Assembly (NCBI GenBank): GCA_015680685.1
Contig: MNCI01003473.1
Location: 328,898-392,897 of the forward strand
Origin: Gnetum montanum
Lineage: Eukaryota > Plantae > Gnetophyta
Direction of reading: 5' to 3'
DNA length: 64,000 nucleotides
Position 1 is the first letter of the stretch. Each line of letters opens with the position of its first letter. This document shows positions 50,958-64,000 of this stretch, one piece after another. Made by a program: the position numbers and the translations under genes. Below the pieces are notes generated by a model. It saw nothing but the letters and a program-made list of their open reading frames with translations, ran no database searches and was not told the DNA's origin.

Positions 50958-52660
50958 CTTTGAGAAACCTGCTTGTTGCATTAGAAATGTTTCATCTACA
51001 AACTGACTAATATTAGTGCAACCCAAGTTAAAAGAAAGAGAGATGCCTTCACAAATATTGTCCATTATAGATTCAAAATTAAAGGCATAGCCCAACACAT
51101 GAACTGTGATAATAAATAAAAAAAATGAGGTAAGAGGAAAACCTTGTTTCATAGATCTTTGTAGAAAGAATGCATCAGATAATTACCTATTAATAAAGAT
51201 TTTGGCTAAATAATTTTTAAGAAGTAAAACTTGATAAATAAAAGAGCTAACTAATTGCATATACTCAAGAGTTATTAAAATAAAACACTATTTAATCCAA
51301 TTATAAGCATTAGCAAAATCCAAGACTAGAAGAAAGAAATGTTGCCTAAACTCTTCAACCTAATTCAAAGATTTAGTGCCTATTAGAACATTGTCAATAA
51401 TGTATCTTCCATATAAAAAACCTAACTATTCTTTATTAACAACTTTGGTGATATGCCTTTTAAGCTTAGAAGCTACTACTTTAGCAATAAATTTAGATCC
51501 AATTCCAAGTAGTGTGATGGAATGCTAATTCTTTATCAAATAAAGATCTTCTTTTCTTGGCAATAATTTAATATTACCAGTGTTAAGGATTTTTCTAAGG
51601 GATCCTATACGTATAGCCTCATTATACATAGTATAAAAATAAAGCTTAGTATAAGGTCAAAAGTACTTATAAAACTCATCCTAAAAGTCATCCATTCCTA
51701 GAAATTTATTATTGGGCATTGACATTGTTACATTTGTGAGCTCATCCAAAGAAAAAATGTTTTTGGCATAATAATAATATTATGGACTAGTACTTTCTAT
51801 AAAATGGGATTTATTTTCTACAAGTTTACATCTTTAGAGAAAAAACGTTGTTTATAAAAGTAGTAGAAGTGTTGATGAATATCATCTTGGTCAGTAATTA
51901 AACCATCAACTCAAATAGAATCAATCTTTTTGGAAGGAGGTATCCTTTAAGATATTAAAAATAACCTTATCCAAAATTTTCAAATCTAGTTAACTACATA
52001 TTTTAATTGCATATTTGGATATCAAAAGTTTCTAATATAGCTAAGATAGATCTAGCATAAGCTAGCTCTTATTCGAGAATAACATCACCAAGAGAATGGT
52101 CAAGTTGTTGAGTGAGACGCTAAATATTGTGCTCAATATCTTTTCTTAGTTGAATTTTTTTTTAATTTGAATTTCCTTCCCAAGTGCCTACACAACTTTG
52201 TTAATTTTTTACATAATCTCATTCCACCATGTAATCTAATCATTTGTATCTCTTGGCCTTGAGCTAATATTTCAAGCTTATAATAAAAGACTACATCAAG
52301 CATCACTAGATAGAAAAGAAGTATTAAAATTAAAAACCTTATTCAAACCATTCTTTTGGTTTATCTAATTAATTGTTAAATGACAAAAAAAAAAACATTA
52401 TTAGACAAAGCATATTGAAAAAGAGAAAAAACAAGAGGATTCTTAAAAGGATCAAGTTTGCAAGCTATTGTAGAGGATATGAAAAATCTGTAAAGTCTTG
52501 AATTGATTCTAACTTGACTAGTTCTATGATTGCTCCAAGTGCAACATTGATTTGCAGGCATGTTTCCTCTAGTTACACTAGAATCATAAGAATTGAATTG
52601 CTACTAAATATAAAGCCAAAGGAGTTTATCATTAGAAATAACAAGAACAAATGTACCTCT
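50958..52660 (-). mobile_element. L1-type LINE ORF2, 5' piece (endonuclease end to RT)
   Basis: Minus strand TWSN...RINSRLYRFFIS, KFLGMDDF*DEFYK, LDFANAYN, KQGFPLTS and SQFVDET. Confidence 0.85.
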
Positions 52661-53355
52661 AACTTTAGCATCGTCAATTTTGTAGACGTTAAAATAGTCA
52701 ACAAGTACTTGCAACATGAATTTGAGTTAATTAATAGAGTCTTATTCAAGTAATCTTATATCTCAACACAATTTCATGATAGTAATAAGATCAAGAATGA
52801 TTCATCTTCATTGCAACACTTCGATTTAGATTAAAAATTACTTTTAATGTAATTTATATTTTCATGTACATAGCTTAATGTTTACTTTCACAAGTACATA
52901 GTTAATGATTTACTTTCCATTACACATTAGGATATGGTAGAGTGAGCATGACCACTTCGAGTATAACATATTTTTCCTTAGTAATCTAGTAGCCTTAATG
53001 CTTGGTTGGCCCAATATCACTACACTTGGTAGTTCTAGTAGTGAATATATGCATTTAAGATATGTACAACAAGTGGGAATAGACATTCATTGCTTAGGCT
53101 AAACTAGAATTTATCTTTTGCATTTACATTAATTAAACAAATTAGATTTAATTTAAATGTTTTAATATTATCTTAATCTTGGTCCATCAACATCATTCAT
53201 CATGTGCCTCAATTATACCTAGCCATAAATACTAAGGATCACACAAGTATAACAAGAAAGATAGTGATTTATGATCACATTTAATAAACTAGAATAACCA
53301 CTAGTTTTGTTTAAAGAATGCAACCAAGTTACATCTGAACACTTGTAATTTATAT

Positions 53356-53492
53356 CAAGAATGATGTCTTCCTAGACCATGATGTGACTTTCTACTAGTT
53401 GAGTTTTAAGATACTAAACATGTGTGTGAAGACACATTTAAAACTCAACTGGCAGAAAAGTCATCACATGGTCCTAGAAGGCATTATTCTTG
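53356..53492. repeat. ~55-bp inverted repeat (fold-back) at the LTR/RT junction
   Basis: CAAGAATGATGTCTTCCTAGACCATG...AGTTGAGTTTTAA (53356-53409) is an imperfect reverse complement of 53438-53492. Confidence 0.88.
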
Positions 53493-56400
53493 GGCACAAG
53501 ATATCTAAAAAAATGCATCACAATTAACCTTGAAAAGATCAAGGTTATCCAAGGACTTATTAAGAGACATTAAATAGTGAAGGATGTAAGGTCATTCCTT
53601 AGACACATAGGGTACTATAGGCATTTTTTTTTTGAGAATTTCTCAAAGATTACAAAGCCATTGGTAGAGCTTACAAAAAAAGTTGCATCTTTTATTTGAT
53701 TAGATGATTGTAAAAATTCATTTGAGCTTCTCAAATAAAGACTTATAGAAACTCCAATTCTATAAGCTCATGATTGGTCACTTCCTTTTCATATAATGAA
53801 AAATGCATCCAATTACACCTTTGAATTCATGCTTACGTAGTTCGATGATTAGAAACATCCACATTACATCCACTGTGTAAGTAGGAACATTGCTAGTGCA
53901 TAACTCAATAACATCACTATTGAAGTTCAAGCATTAGGTGCATGGATATCTCATTTTTATGTACATAGATCATAGTGCAATCAAGTTTCTCATGAATAAT
54001 CCAATGGCGAGTCCCCAAATCATTCAGTGATTAGTAATCTTACTAGCATTTAACATCACAATGATTAATATGAAGGGGATAGAAAATGTAGTTGTAGATC
54101 ATTTGTTTAGATCATGATAGGACAATAAGATTGATGAAGACCCTTTCTCATATTAATTTCCTAATTCACATTTATTTGCAAACATTACTATAGTATTCTT
54201 ATCAAAAACCATTCTTTGATTTGTTGATTACCTCACATATATAAAGGGGCAAAGAGTTTTAATGGAATAAATGCAGAACCCAATAATTCTTACATCAAGT
54301 CAAACACTTTATGAAGATAGAGGAAAGTCTATAAAATTTGCATAAATATCCTCATTCATTAGTGTGTTTTAAAGGAGAATCAGCTAAGTTTTCTAGGATG
54401 CACATGAAGAATCATGTGGAGGCCACTACATAGGAAGGAAAGTAACCATCAAAATTACCATGGTTGGATATTTTTAGTCAATACTCTTTTGCAATGCACA
54501 TTATTTTGCTAAATCCTATTAATGATGTCAATGAGATGGTGAGATGTTAACATTTTTCAAGGGACTAACAATGGACACATCCACTAGAGTCTTTTAACTT
54601 ATGGAGAATTGACTTCATGGGTACTATCACCTTTTCATCGAATGACAAATATTACATCATTATTATTATAGTTTATTTTACGAAGTAGGTTGAAGTGGCT
54701 ACAATAACTGATTACATTGTAGCAATTCCTACTAATTTTTTTAAAAAATAGGTAGTGAACAAGTTTGGTGTACCACAAGCAATAATATCAAATAATGAAA
54801 CATACTTTATGAGGCTAATGTATAAAAAGTTAATGCAATGCTTAGAGGTAAATCACAAGTTAACCATACCATATCACCCCTAAGCTAATGACCAAGATGA
54901 AGTCACAAACCATGAGATACCTCATATACTAACATGAACAATTAGTAAGTATATGAAGAATTAGGGTACCAAACTTAATGATGCACTATAGGCTTATAGT
55001 TCAACTTAGAAACTTCCTATTGAGTATTGTCCTTAAAAATTAGTGCATAAAAAACTGTTGAAGTTTCTTGCCCAAGAAGAAATTTATACATTAAATACTA
55101 CATATGATTTGGATCTATATCTTACCTTAGTATAATGTAAGTGATTGATGAACTTAAACATGCTAGTAAAAATAGAATAATTATCCTTATGTATAATGAA
55201 GGCCATAAAGTCTACAATAACTAAAGGCATGACCTTAAGATTAGACACCTAGACCTTTAACCAAGTGATAAGGTCCTCTATTATAATACAAATAATTTAT
55301 CTCAACATACTAAGCTCCAAACACTTTGGAAGGGAACCTACATAGTTCACATGGTTCATAGGTCTTGGATCTTATAACTTTATCATTGACCTAACCTACA
55401 TATGCTTATCTTGGTAAATATATAGTAAATCAAGCCATCCTAAGAACCCTTTTAAGATAATGTCTTAAAGACTTCTACAACTACCATCGCCAAGTCCATC
55501 GTCTACACCTCCTCCTTGAGACTTAGTCATGGGGAGATTCTTTAGTTTAAGCTAAGTGCATTTTCATCTTTTTATTTTTTATTTTTATAATTTCTTATAA
55601 TTTTCTAATTTCTTTAATATTTTCCAATTAGAGGGTATTTTTAAATTCTCTACATGTTTTCCCTTTCTTACCATCTTTCACTTTTATAATTTTACAATTT
55701 CTTTAGGTAATTTTACAAATTTTTTAATATAAAGTTGCCAATTTTATATAGGAGCCAACATCATGGTTGGAATTATGTGCTATACTATCAATGTTATTAA
55801 AGGAATGCTTGTGCAAGGTAGTGAGACCACATCATCCACCCCTTAGTTTTCTTTAATAAGAGATCTTTATCATAAAGAATACTATTATCCTTATCACATT
55901 TAAATCCTAAAATAACTCATAATCACATACATTAAGGAAGAAAGGACCAAGAGAATTCAATATGGATTTGACATCAAGGAAATATGTTGATTTTGTGGGT
56001 TTTCATCTTAGGTCCTACTAGCCCAATGTTGATACATTACCACTTCTATTTATAATTGCTTTTGGAAAATAGTATTCAAGCAAAGTTGTTCCCTTATTAC
56101 GTCACCAAGAAGGCATGTGACCCATAACCAAAGGTAGTCCTATGGCAAGGGTAACAAATTAAATTATTAATTAAATCATAATAAAACCATTCTTGGATTA
56201 CTACTGCAAAGAAATGTAACTGATGCCTAAAGGTAGGCTACATCCAAGAATTTCATAGTCCCTTGGACTAGTCTCATAATGTGATTGAAAATCCATGGAT
56301 CTCATGCTTGAAAGTGATGCTATGATGAGATTAGCATTAGTCATAAGACAGAAAAGACATTAGATCCATGCTTGAAGGTGTTCCTTTAACTAATGGCCAA

Positions 56401-59400
56401 GGTCCATAACATAAGCTCTCATGATTAATTAATTATTTTTGGTAATCATAACATATGTTTTCCAATATTTTACTATTGAGTGATGTTATTTTCAATATGA
56501 TTACAAGTTGATCTCATGAAGATGGACCTAGGATGATGCAATGCAATGTTACTACAAGAGGTATGAACTTGATTTGAATTTCCAATTGATAGGTATCGTT
56601 GGTTGTTTTAATTATATCCTACACATGGGATCCATTATGAACATGATAAGGTACCTCACATCTTTTTTTTCTTATCCCTTCTAACTCCATTCCATCTCAC
56701 TACCATGTGCAATTATGAATTTGATGGTTTTATATAGAAAAGTGCAAGTTCTAAGAATGATTATTGTCTCTCTATTGGAATAAGGATCAAATGATCATTT
56801 TCTTTACTGAGTATTCATGGACACTTATTAAGAAAGTTATACAAGAGCATAATAGGTCAAAGCCTGCTTTAGGTGAACCCACTAGCATGACTCTTGGGAA
56901 TCTTATCTACAAAGAAATTCTACACATATTCCAAACATCATAACATTGCTACTCTGACTATATGCATTATGAATTAACCAATTCTTCTCAAATTTGTTCA
57001 ATTTTTATGTTCATCTTCTCCAAATAACCATAACTCACAACTAATTCTAAGGCTTTAACTCACTCAATTTTTAATTTCAAATCTTTATTAAGCCTTCTTA
57101 AATTTAATAATTAGCTCCTCAATCTCTTCAATGACTCATGACCTTTCAAATGATTTAATTTTGACCTCAAAACTCCTCAAAATTAAATATAAAATAGGCT
57201 AGACTAGCCTTGTTGATGCTACTGTGTCAATGTAACAAACTTAGTCAATGTAGCCTTGATGATGTAGCAACATTAACATAGTCAGTAAATACTATATATA
57301 TGTGCTTAATGTGAGCATAATTTTCATCATTCTTCATTTGTATATGAGGAGTTTTTATCATTATTCAAAGACTAAGCCTTCAAAATGCAATATCTTATGA
57401 TTAAGACCTTTGAATTCAACCATTCAAAAACTTGTGAGCTTTTGGAGGTGAGATCTTCATCATGGAGGTAGTCAAATCATGTTGCAAGAAATTTTTCTAC
57501 CACCTAGTTTTTGAACTCTTAAGTTACTTAATGCTAAAAATGGTTTAAATTAATTAATAATTAAGATGATTTAGCTATGTTAGGGCTTCTAAAACATCCC
57601 AAGAGCTCAACATAAAAAGTTCTTGAAATTGAGCTAACACCAAGGTTAATTAAGAGAAAAACCATTATGAATATTTTAGAATCGAACAATTAATCATTAA
57701 TGTAATTACAAATGGAACCAAAATACATTAGTGGATGTATGAGGCCCATTGTAGCCAAGAGAGAAAAGGCTAAGAGGTACATGAGAATGTGGACATGGAT
57801 AGAAAGAAGAACAAAAATCAACCATGTAACAAAATAATTGAGAGAAAAACCTAAGGTGGAATCTATTAAGAAGATTTCCATAGCACAAATAAGTCAGTTC
57901 ATGCAAGATGAAACACCTCAACCATGATCCAAACTAAAGGTAACCTTCATGGTGGCATGCTTGAAAAAGATTAGAACTAAGAAGATTTAGAGCTTAGTCT
58001 ATTAGAAGTCTAGCTTCAAACTATTCCTAGAGTTTGCATCCCAAGAAGTTCATAAGTAATTATAAGCATCTTCTCTTTGGTTGACATCTTCAAATAATGG
58101 GAAGTGATACTTGGATAAATTTATCTTTTCTAGAATAATCATCAAAAAGATGCAACTATTAAAATCAAATACATCAACACCTCATACTCTATTCAAGGTA
58201 TTATAAAACTTCTCAGACTTCTAAAGTTGGAACATAGGTTGTTGAAGTATTCACTATGTTAGATGCATAGAATAAGAAAGAATGAATGCAAAAGAGGTAT
58301 GGAGTTGATAAGGAGTACGATGAGCTAACCCAAGCAGAAAAGATTTACTTTAATATTGCTTCATATCATCTCAATCCCACACTATGATTGAATAAGATGA
58401 CATCCTTGTCTACAAGGATAAGTGCAACTCTCAATAGAAAGTTTTCAGTTAACCTATAATAGTTGATCTTCTTAGAGATCAAGAAAAACTTCAAAGAAAC
58501 TAAAATAGGTAGAAAGACATTCTCCTTTTCATGTCTAATAAAAAACCCCTTCTAAAGGAAAGGGATCACTCACCATGCAAATGATGTCCTTCAAAGAGCA
58601 TCCATTACATCATGGTAAGAAATGAGAAAAGATAAACCATTGCTAATACTTCAAAAGAAAGTATCTCCATTACTACCAAACATTGGTACAGCTAGTGCAA
58701 TAATCACAAGTATTGGAGGTAATTCAATGCAAGTCATCAAGCACGTGTGAGAGGCATTAGAGACTACTGCATAGTAAAAGCCACTTACAAAAAGTTACTC
58801 AATTGGTGAGCTTATAGCAAGGTAACTCTCAAACCTATTCAATGCAACAAGAAGTCATGTCCTCATCTTTGTCAACCCAATTGAAGATGTTTTTGTCATC
58901 CTATTTGAAGAACATCCTATGCTCTTAGGTAAAGTAGAAAACTTCCCTGTGACATTATAGGAAGTAGAAGAGGCTATGATCGTGGTCATGCCATACTAAG
59001 GGTAAATAATAGCTATTGAGGTGGTAGTAGATCATATTGATAAAGTACTACGAATTCCTACAACACTGGTATTAGATTTTTTTATAATGATAGACATCCA
59101 AATGTTTGTAGGGGCTAGATCAAGGGGTGCATGAGTGATGAGCATAGTCCAACACAAGAAACTATTGGATATACTAGTCAGTGTGTCGAGTTAATAATTT
59201 CAAATATTTTTGCCATCCTCAAATATATCATAACCATACAATTTGTGCTCATCAAAACCAAGGGAAAGTTGACCATTTCAAAGGCCCAACTATAGTAGGC
59301 TGAGTTGTTAAACTAGTAGCTACAAGAAGAAGTAGTGCAACTCCATGCCTAGGTTAGCTTAACAAGAGATGAAGAATTTAATTAGTTGATGGCTATGTAA

Positions 59401-60693
59401 TACTAGGTGGAGATTGAAAAAGAAAAGCTACCTAGGATGCTTTCCTATTTGACAACATGGTTAATTTATTAAACAAGGATATCATGAGGTTAGTAGATAA
59501 GAATAAAGATCTTACCATGAAAAAATAGAAAGTTATGAAACATTAAGAAGGAAAAGAACCAATTAGAAGATCATATTAAGCACCTCCAAGAGCTATTAGC
59601 ACAAGTTCATCCAAATGTACATAAATTAGTAGTTGAGAATAGAAATACATCCATGGAAGAAGTTAGAGCCATCAAGAAAAATTTGATAATTGATATCACA
59701 ACTTAGTAGAATGAGATTCTTAAATATGAGAAAATCACAAACTACTATAGGAATGAAGTGGGACTTCAAATTGAGATTAATCAAACAGAAATTCAATTAA
59801 TCAAAGACAAAATCAATAAAACCCTAGGGTAGCTTCCTAATACTGCTTAGCAACCCATCTTTGATGGCCTAAATGCCTAAAATCATGTTGAAATTAAGAT
59901 GAAGGATCTATAGATAGAGGAAATGATGTAGTATATGGAGCTAGCTAATTTGTGAAATGCTAATATGATGACTATAACTATTGGTAGACCTAGGAACAAG
60001 TAAGGAAAAATGGGTGATCACCTCATACTTGCTATATGAAAATAAGCTCAAGCTCCATCATGAATAACTTTAGAAATTACAAATTGCTAATTTGAAGCTT
60101 GATATTTATAAGGAAAAATTCACAAGTTAGAGAGATGTGGTAAAGAACTTGACTAAAAGAATGGTAAACTACCAAGAGTTGAAGGTAATAATAAAGGCAT
60201 TCAATATTGAATGCAAAAATTTTGCAACTCATTCATCAATGCCCATGAAATGTTTCTAACTTTCTCTTATCCTTGGGAAGTGTGCACAACAACAACACTA
60301 GGAAAACTAGCCTAGATAATCAAGGATGACAAGACAAAGGAGGAGAAGATAAGAGTCTTGATAGAAGCATTGTGACTCAAAAGTATAGTAGTAGCAGTGG
60401 TGGATCAACTAGTAGACCCAGCAAGGCATGAAGGATCATTACCACTGAGCATCACTTAAGGCATATGCCTTAATAAATTTTTGTAAACTTGCCAAATTTT
60501 TGTAAGGATGAATTGTCCAAATTTTGTTATTTTATAAATTTTTCAAATTAATTAGATAAATTTTATAGTGTAGAAATCAACTTTAGTCAAGTATACTTGT
60601 CTATTTATCATTCAAGTGTACTACATTCTATAAACAAAATCTATTCTCATTTTTTAAAACTTGAGAACAATCTTTTAGTCAATCATGAAAGTA

Positions 60694-61530
60694 TGATGTA
60701 TAGTAAATAAGTTAGCCACATTGATGTAGCTACATGAACACATCATAGGTAAAGATTCGTTAATGCATCAACTTTAAAGAAATAGTCATAAATACTAATA
60801 CAAATGTGCAAACTAGTGTATTTTTGTTTAGTCATTAATGTAGTGAAGTTCTTATAATTTAATTTCGTAGAAGTTAGAACAGCCAATGAGTGCCTGTTGT
60901 ATAAATTTAAGTTGTTTAATGAAGTCTTATTCAAGTGATCTTATACCTAGACATAATTTCAAGATGGTATAAGATTAAAATTTTCTTTTAATGCAATTTA
61001 TATTATTATGCATATAGCTTGATGTTTATTTTTACAAATGCTTAGCTAATGATTTACTTTGCATTCTACAAGAGAATATAGTAGAATGAACATGACCACT
61101 TTGAGTGTAACATAAATTTTCTTGGTAACTCAATAACATTAATGCTTGGTTGGACTAGTAGTGCTATGTTTGGTAATTCCAATAGTAAATATATGTGTTT
61201 AAGACATGTACAATAAGTGGTAATGAGCATTCATTCCTAGGCTACACAATATTTTATTTTTTTCATTTAAATTAATTAAACAAATTTAAAATAATTTAAA
61301 TTTTTTAATATTATCTTAATCTTAGCCCATCAACACCGTTCATCATGTGTCTCAGTTATACTTAACTATACATACTAAAGGCCATATGTGTATAACTAGA
61401 AAGACAGTGACCTACAATCACATTTACTAATCTAGAATAATTATTGGTTCAATCCACAAAATATGATCAGGTCATGCATGGACACTTGTGATTTGTATGG
61501 TTGGGTGTAGGAGACATTCATCACTCATTA
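60694..61530 (+). mobile_element. 3' LTR of the Athila-like element
   Basis: Starts TGATG and ends CACTCATTA (decayed CACTCATCA). Homologous to 52670-53355, 6342-7237 and the reverse complement of 3051-3450. Confidence 0.7.
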
Positions 61531-61764
61531 GCAAGTACGCCCACAAGAAAAAGAGAGTCCATTATGATGTCATGATACTTTAGAAGCTTTATAGTGGAAT
61601 ATAAGGAATATAATGATGTCTTAAGTATAATTCAAACTAGCAATCTTTTGCCTAATATACTATTAGAATGTAGAAAGTACCTTTCCATTTTTTTGGTTAA
61701 GAGGCCAATTACCAGCTGGAATTTCTTATAGAAAATAAATAATTATTATTATAACTTTTGGCCA

Positions 61765-61890
61765 AGAGATGAACTTTTTCACATGAGTGCTTATGGATAT
61801 GTAATGACTTGGCCAATAACACTAAGCTAAGAGATGAACTTTTTCATGTGAATTATTATAGATATGTAATATTTCAGCCAATTACTAAGT
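61765..61890. repeat. ~64-bp tandem duplication
   Basis: AAGAGATGAACTTTTTCA...GATATGTAAT...GCCAAT...ACTAAG occurs twice. Confidence 0.7.
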
Positions 61891-62590
61891 GAAAATTTAA
61901 GGGTAAACAACTATCATAGTAAGAATTTTTTTAGGTAAAGTGATAATTAGTAATATGCTTAGAGCAGCACCCCAAACTAGCTTATGGTACTAGTACATGG
62001 TAAGAATTATTTAATACTAGTTTTGATTTATTTCTTCATCATGACAATCAATTTTCATGAAATCAATTCTAGGATTTTGTTAATTTGAAAAAGAAAAATA
62101 TTCTCTTAATCAAATAATAGATATATATATATCATAAATATATAGCTAAACTACTATTTTAAAAAAATCAAACTGCAACCATCATACCAAATTGAGGACA
62201 CTTAGGTATTATAATTTATTTAGAAAACTATTGCCTTCAACATAGAAGGTTATAATGCAGTAAAAAGAGAGACTTTTGATTTCTAGGTTACAAGTTTGAA
62301 TCCAATAGTTATGCTCATTTGACATACTAATATGTTTCACAAAATTTTGTGAAAGTTCATACTGGCTTTATGTTCTTAGGGTACATATAGTTATTCAATT
62401 CTAGTTCCAAAATCCCCAAAACCAATATCCAAGGAAAGTATATACAAATGCAATAATATTTTTTAAAAAAGCTAAGCTCTTAAAATTCTTATATTATAAA
62501 ATCTCTTATCTCTTGCTTTATTCTTAATCCATTAATAAACATGTCATATTTCATTGTATCTCTATAACTTATTATAATTCCTTTAACAAT

Positions 62591-62830
62591 GGTGTGTTAG
62601 CCTACTGATAAGACTCTTGATTTAGAAGCTATGTTTCACTAGGTAGCACTAATGTATTAACTTTTATAAATCTTGGGATGTACCTATGTTTCACTTATTT
62701 GATATTCTAACATCCCTTCTTGATTTAGAAGCTCCAACGTATGGGTTCTATTTTGGTGGGCAAGGCTAACTTATAAAGTTCTATGTTGAACATTGCATAT
62801 CAAAATGTTTGAAAATACCAAGCTTGGATG
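62591..62830 (+). mobile_element. Two adjacent partial copies of the tRNA-derived SINE
   Basis: GTGTTAGCCTACTGATAAGACTCTTGATTTAGAAGCT...TATGTTTCACTTATTT, then CTTGATTTAGAAGCTCCAA...ATGGGTTCTATT...GGGCAAGGCTAACTTATAAAGTTCTATG. Confidence 0.65.
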
Positions 62831-63139
62831 CATCCATACAAATTAAATGATTACAATCATTCAAAAATAATAAATAACCTAAAATCATATTCATTCAAGA
62901 GTGTGAAGTAGAAAAATGAATATGTAAGAAAATACATGTACATTACCAAGTACATCCAAAAGGAGTCAAGGAATAGTTCATGTAAAAAAGAATCTAATAA
63001 TGCAAAGAAACTTAGAATCAAATTCTTATGGGAATGGAACAAACCTAGAAGTGAAAGACATCTGTATATGGGAGACAATGATAGGATGTTTCATGAAGAT
63101 GCACATGGAAATGAATATTTTGTATAACAAAATTAATTT

Positions 63140-63950
63140 TAATAAGCAATGTAATGGAACTACTCCATAGAAGTGTCACTTGACATCATCCTTGAGTCCA
63201 AAGTAACCAAGTGTTCCAAAGTGAACCCAAGATGGGCAATGCCTCAATGTTCACAACACTTGCACACCCTAATTCTAGAGGGAAACAACCTTTAATCCAT
63301 CAATAATGCATGTTTTCCTACACTCTCCCCTACTTGAAAGAAGTGACAGCCTCAAAGCTTAAGTCTTTGTTCATATGCATCCTTAAACATGGAGAGCACA
63401 ATGGATATCCAGGATATTGAACAACTTAATACCCATTTGACAATTGTAGATAAGCAAGTTCAATGCCTAGGATAATCCACCATAAATCATGAATGTTGAG
63501 ATCAACTTAACATTCAATCAAGACTTAGAAATTCTCATGAAAATAAGGTTAAGGAAGAAAATTCTTATCCTTTTTCATGCAATAAATACTAACCTTTCTA
63601 CCTAGAGTAAGACTCACTTAAAAGACAAATCATTTTCATACAGTTTGTTTTGATACAAATGTGTAATCTTCTAGAAGCACTCATTCCTCCATCTTCAAAC
63701 TTGTGCTTTCTACTTAAAGTCACAATCCTATGCTCCTTACTTGAAGTAATAGTCCAAAACCTAGGCTCCCTACTCAAAGTCATAGTCACAATCCTGTGCT
63801 TTCTACTCGAAGTCATAGTCATAATCTTATGCTTACTACTTCAAGTCATAGTCACAATCCTATGCTTTCTACTTGAATACATTGTTAAGAACAAGTGCTT
63901 CTTACTTAGATTCACTTCAACTCATCTCAATCTTCATACATAATTACATT
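63140..63950 (-). pseudogene. Ty3/gypsy gag-protease remnant
   Basis: Minus strand VDLNIHDLWWIILGIEL resembles the protease DVILGxxWL region. Heavily decayed. Confidence 0.4.
63702..63878. repeat. 33-bp minisatellite, ~5 copies
   Basis: Unit T(G/A)TGCTTTCTACT(C/T)GAAGTCATAGTCACAATCC. Confidence 0.88.
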
Positions 63951-64000
63951 TTTTAATCATGCTCTCTCTCTCTCTCTCCCCTAACCATAAACAAAGTGAT

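Larger units (their letters stand above)
52670..61530 (+). mobile_element. Decayed Athila-like Ty3/gypsy element with a large 5' deletion
   Basis: Partial LTR 52670-53355 is homologous to the 3' LTR 60694-61530. pol at 53410-55440 carries LKLNWQKSHHMVLEGIILGHKIS, HEESCGGHY, WRIDFMG, KFGVPQAIIS and PYHP*ANDQ. A long 3' region with accessory-ORF remnants follows. Confidence 0.75.

Noticed and set aside
63650-63943. 97-aa hydrophobic repeat ORF
   Set aside because: Artefact of the 33-bp minisatellite.

Overview
Land-plant nuclear DNA, AT-rich and strongly depleted in CpG and CWG, consistent with long-term methylation-driven deamination. It holds one intact gene: a two-exon, 106-aa mitochondrial complex I 20.9-kDa/NUXM-type subunit (minus strand, 24873-25413), inside a ~4-kb island that has escaped decay. 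Almost everything else is nested, decayed retrotransposon sequence. This includes a Tekay-type gypsy, copia RT/RNase H, several L1-type LINEs, RTE 3' ends and a CRM-like chromovirus. It also includes a pol-less Sirevirus-like element, a pol-less Tat-like element with a tRNA-Asn PBS and an antisense accessory ORF, an Athila-like element, and a tRNA-derived SINE family. The most notable observations are: (i) a young CpG-rich solo LTR with a perfect TSD whose old relatives lie in the same window; (ii) arrays of CpG-centred palindromes in several unrelated LTR lineages; (iii) one LINE split by two LTR elements; (iv) a fold-back hairpin at a deletion junction. I found no evidence for a new protein-coding system. 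Boundaries of decayed elements are approximate, and family assignments come from motif recognition by eye, not database searches.
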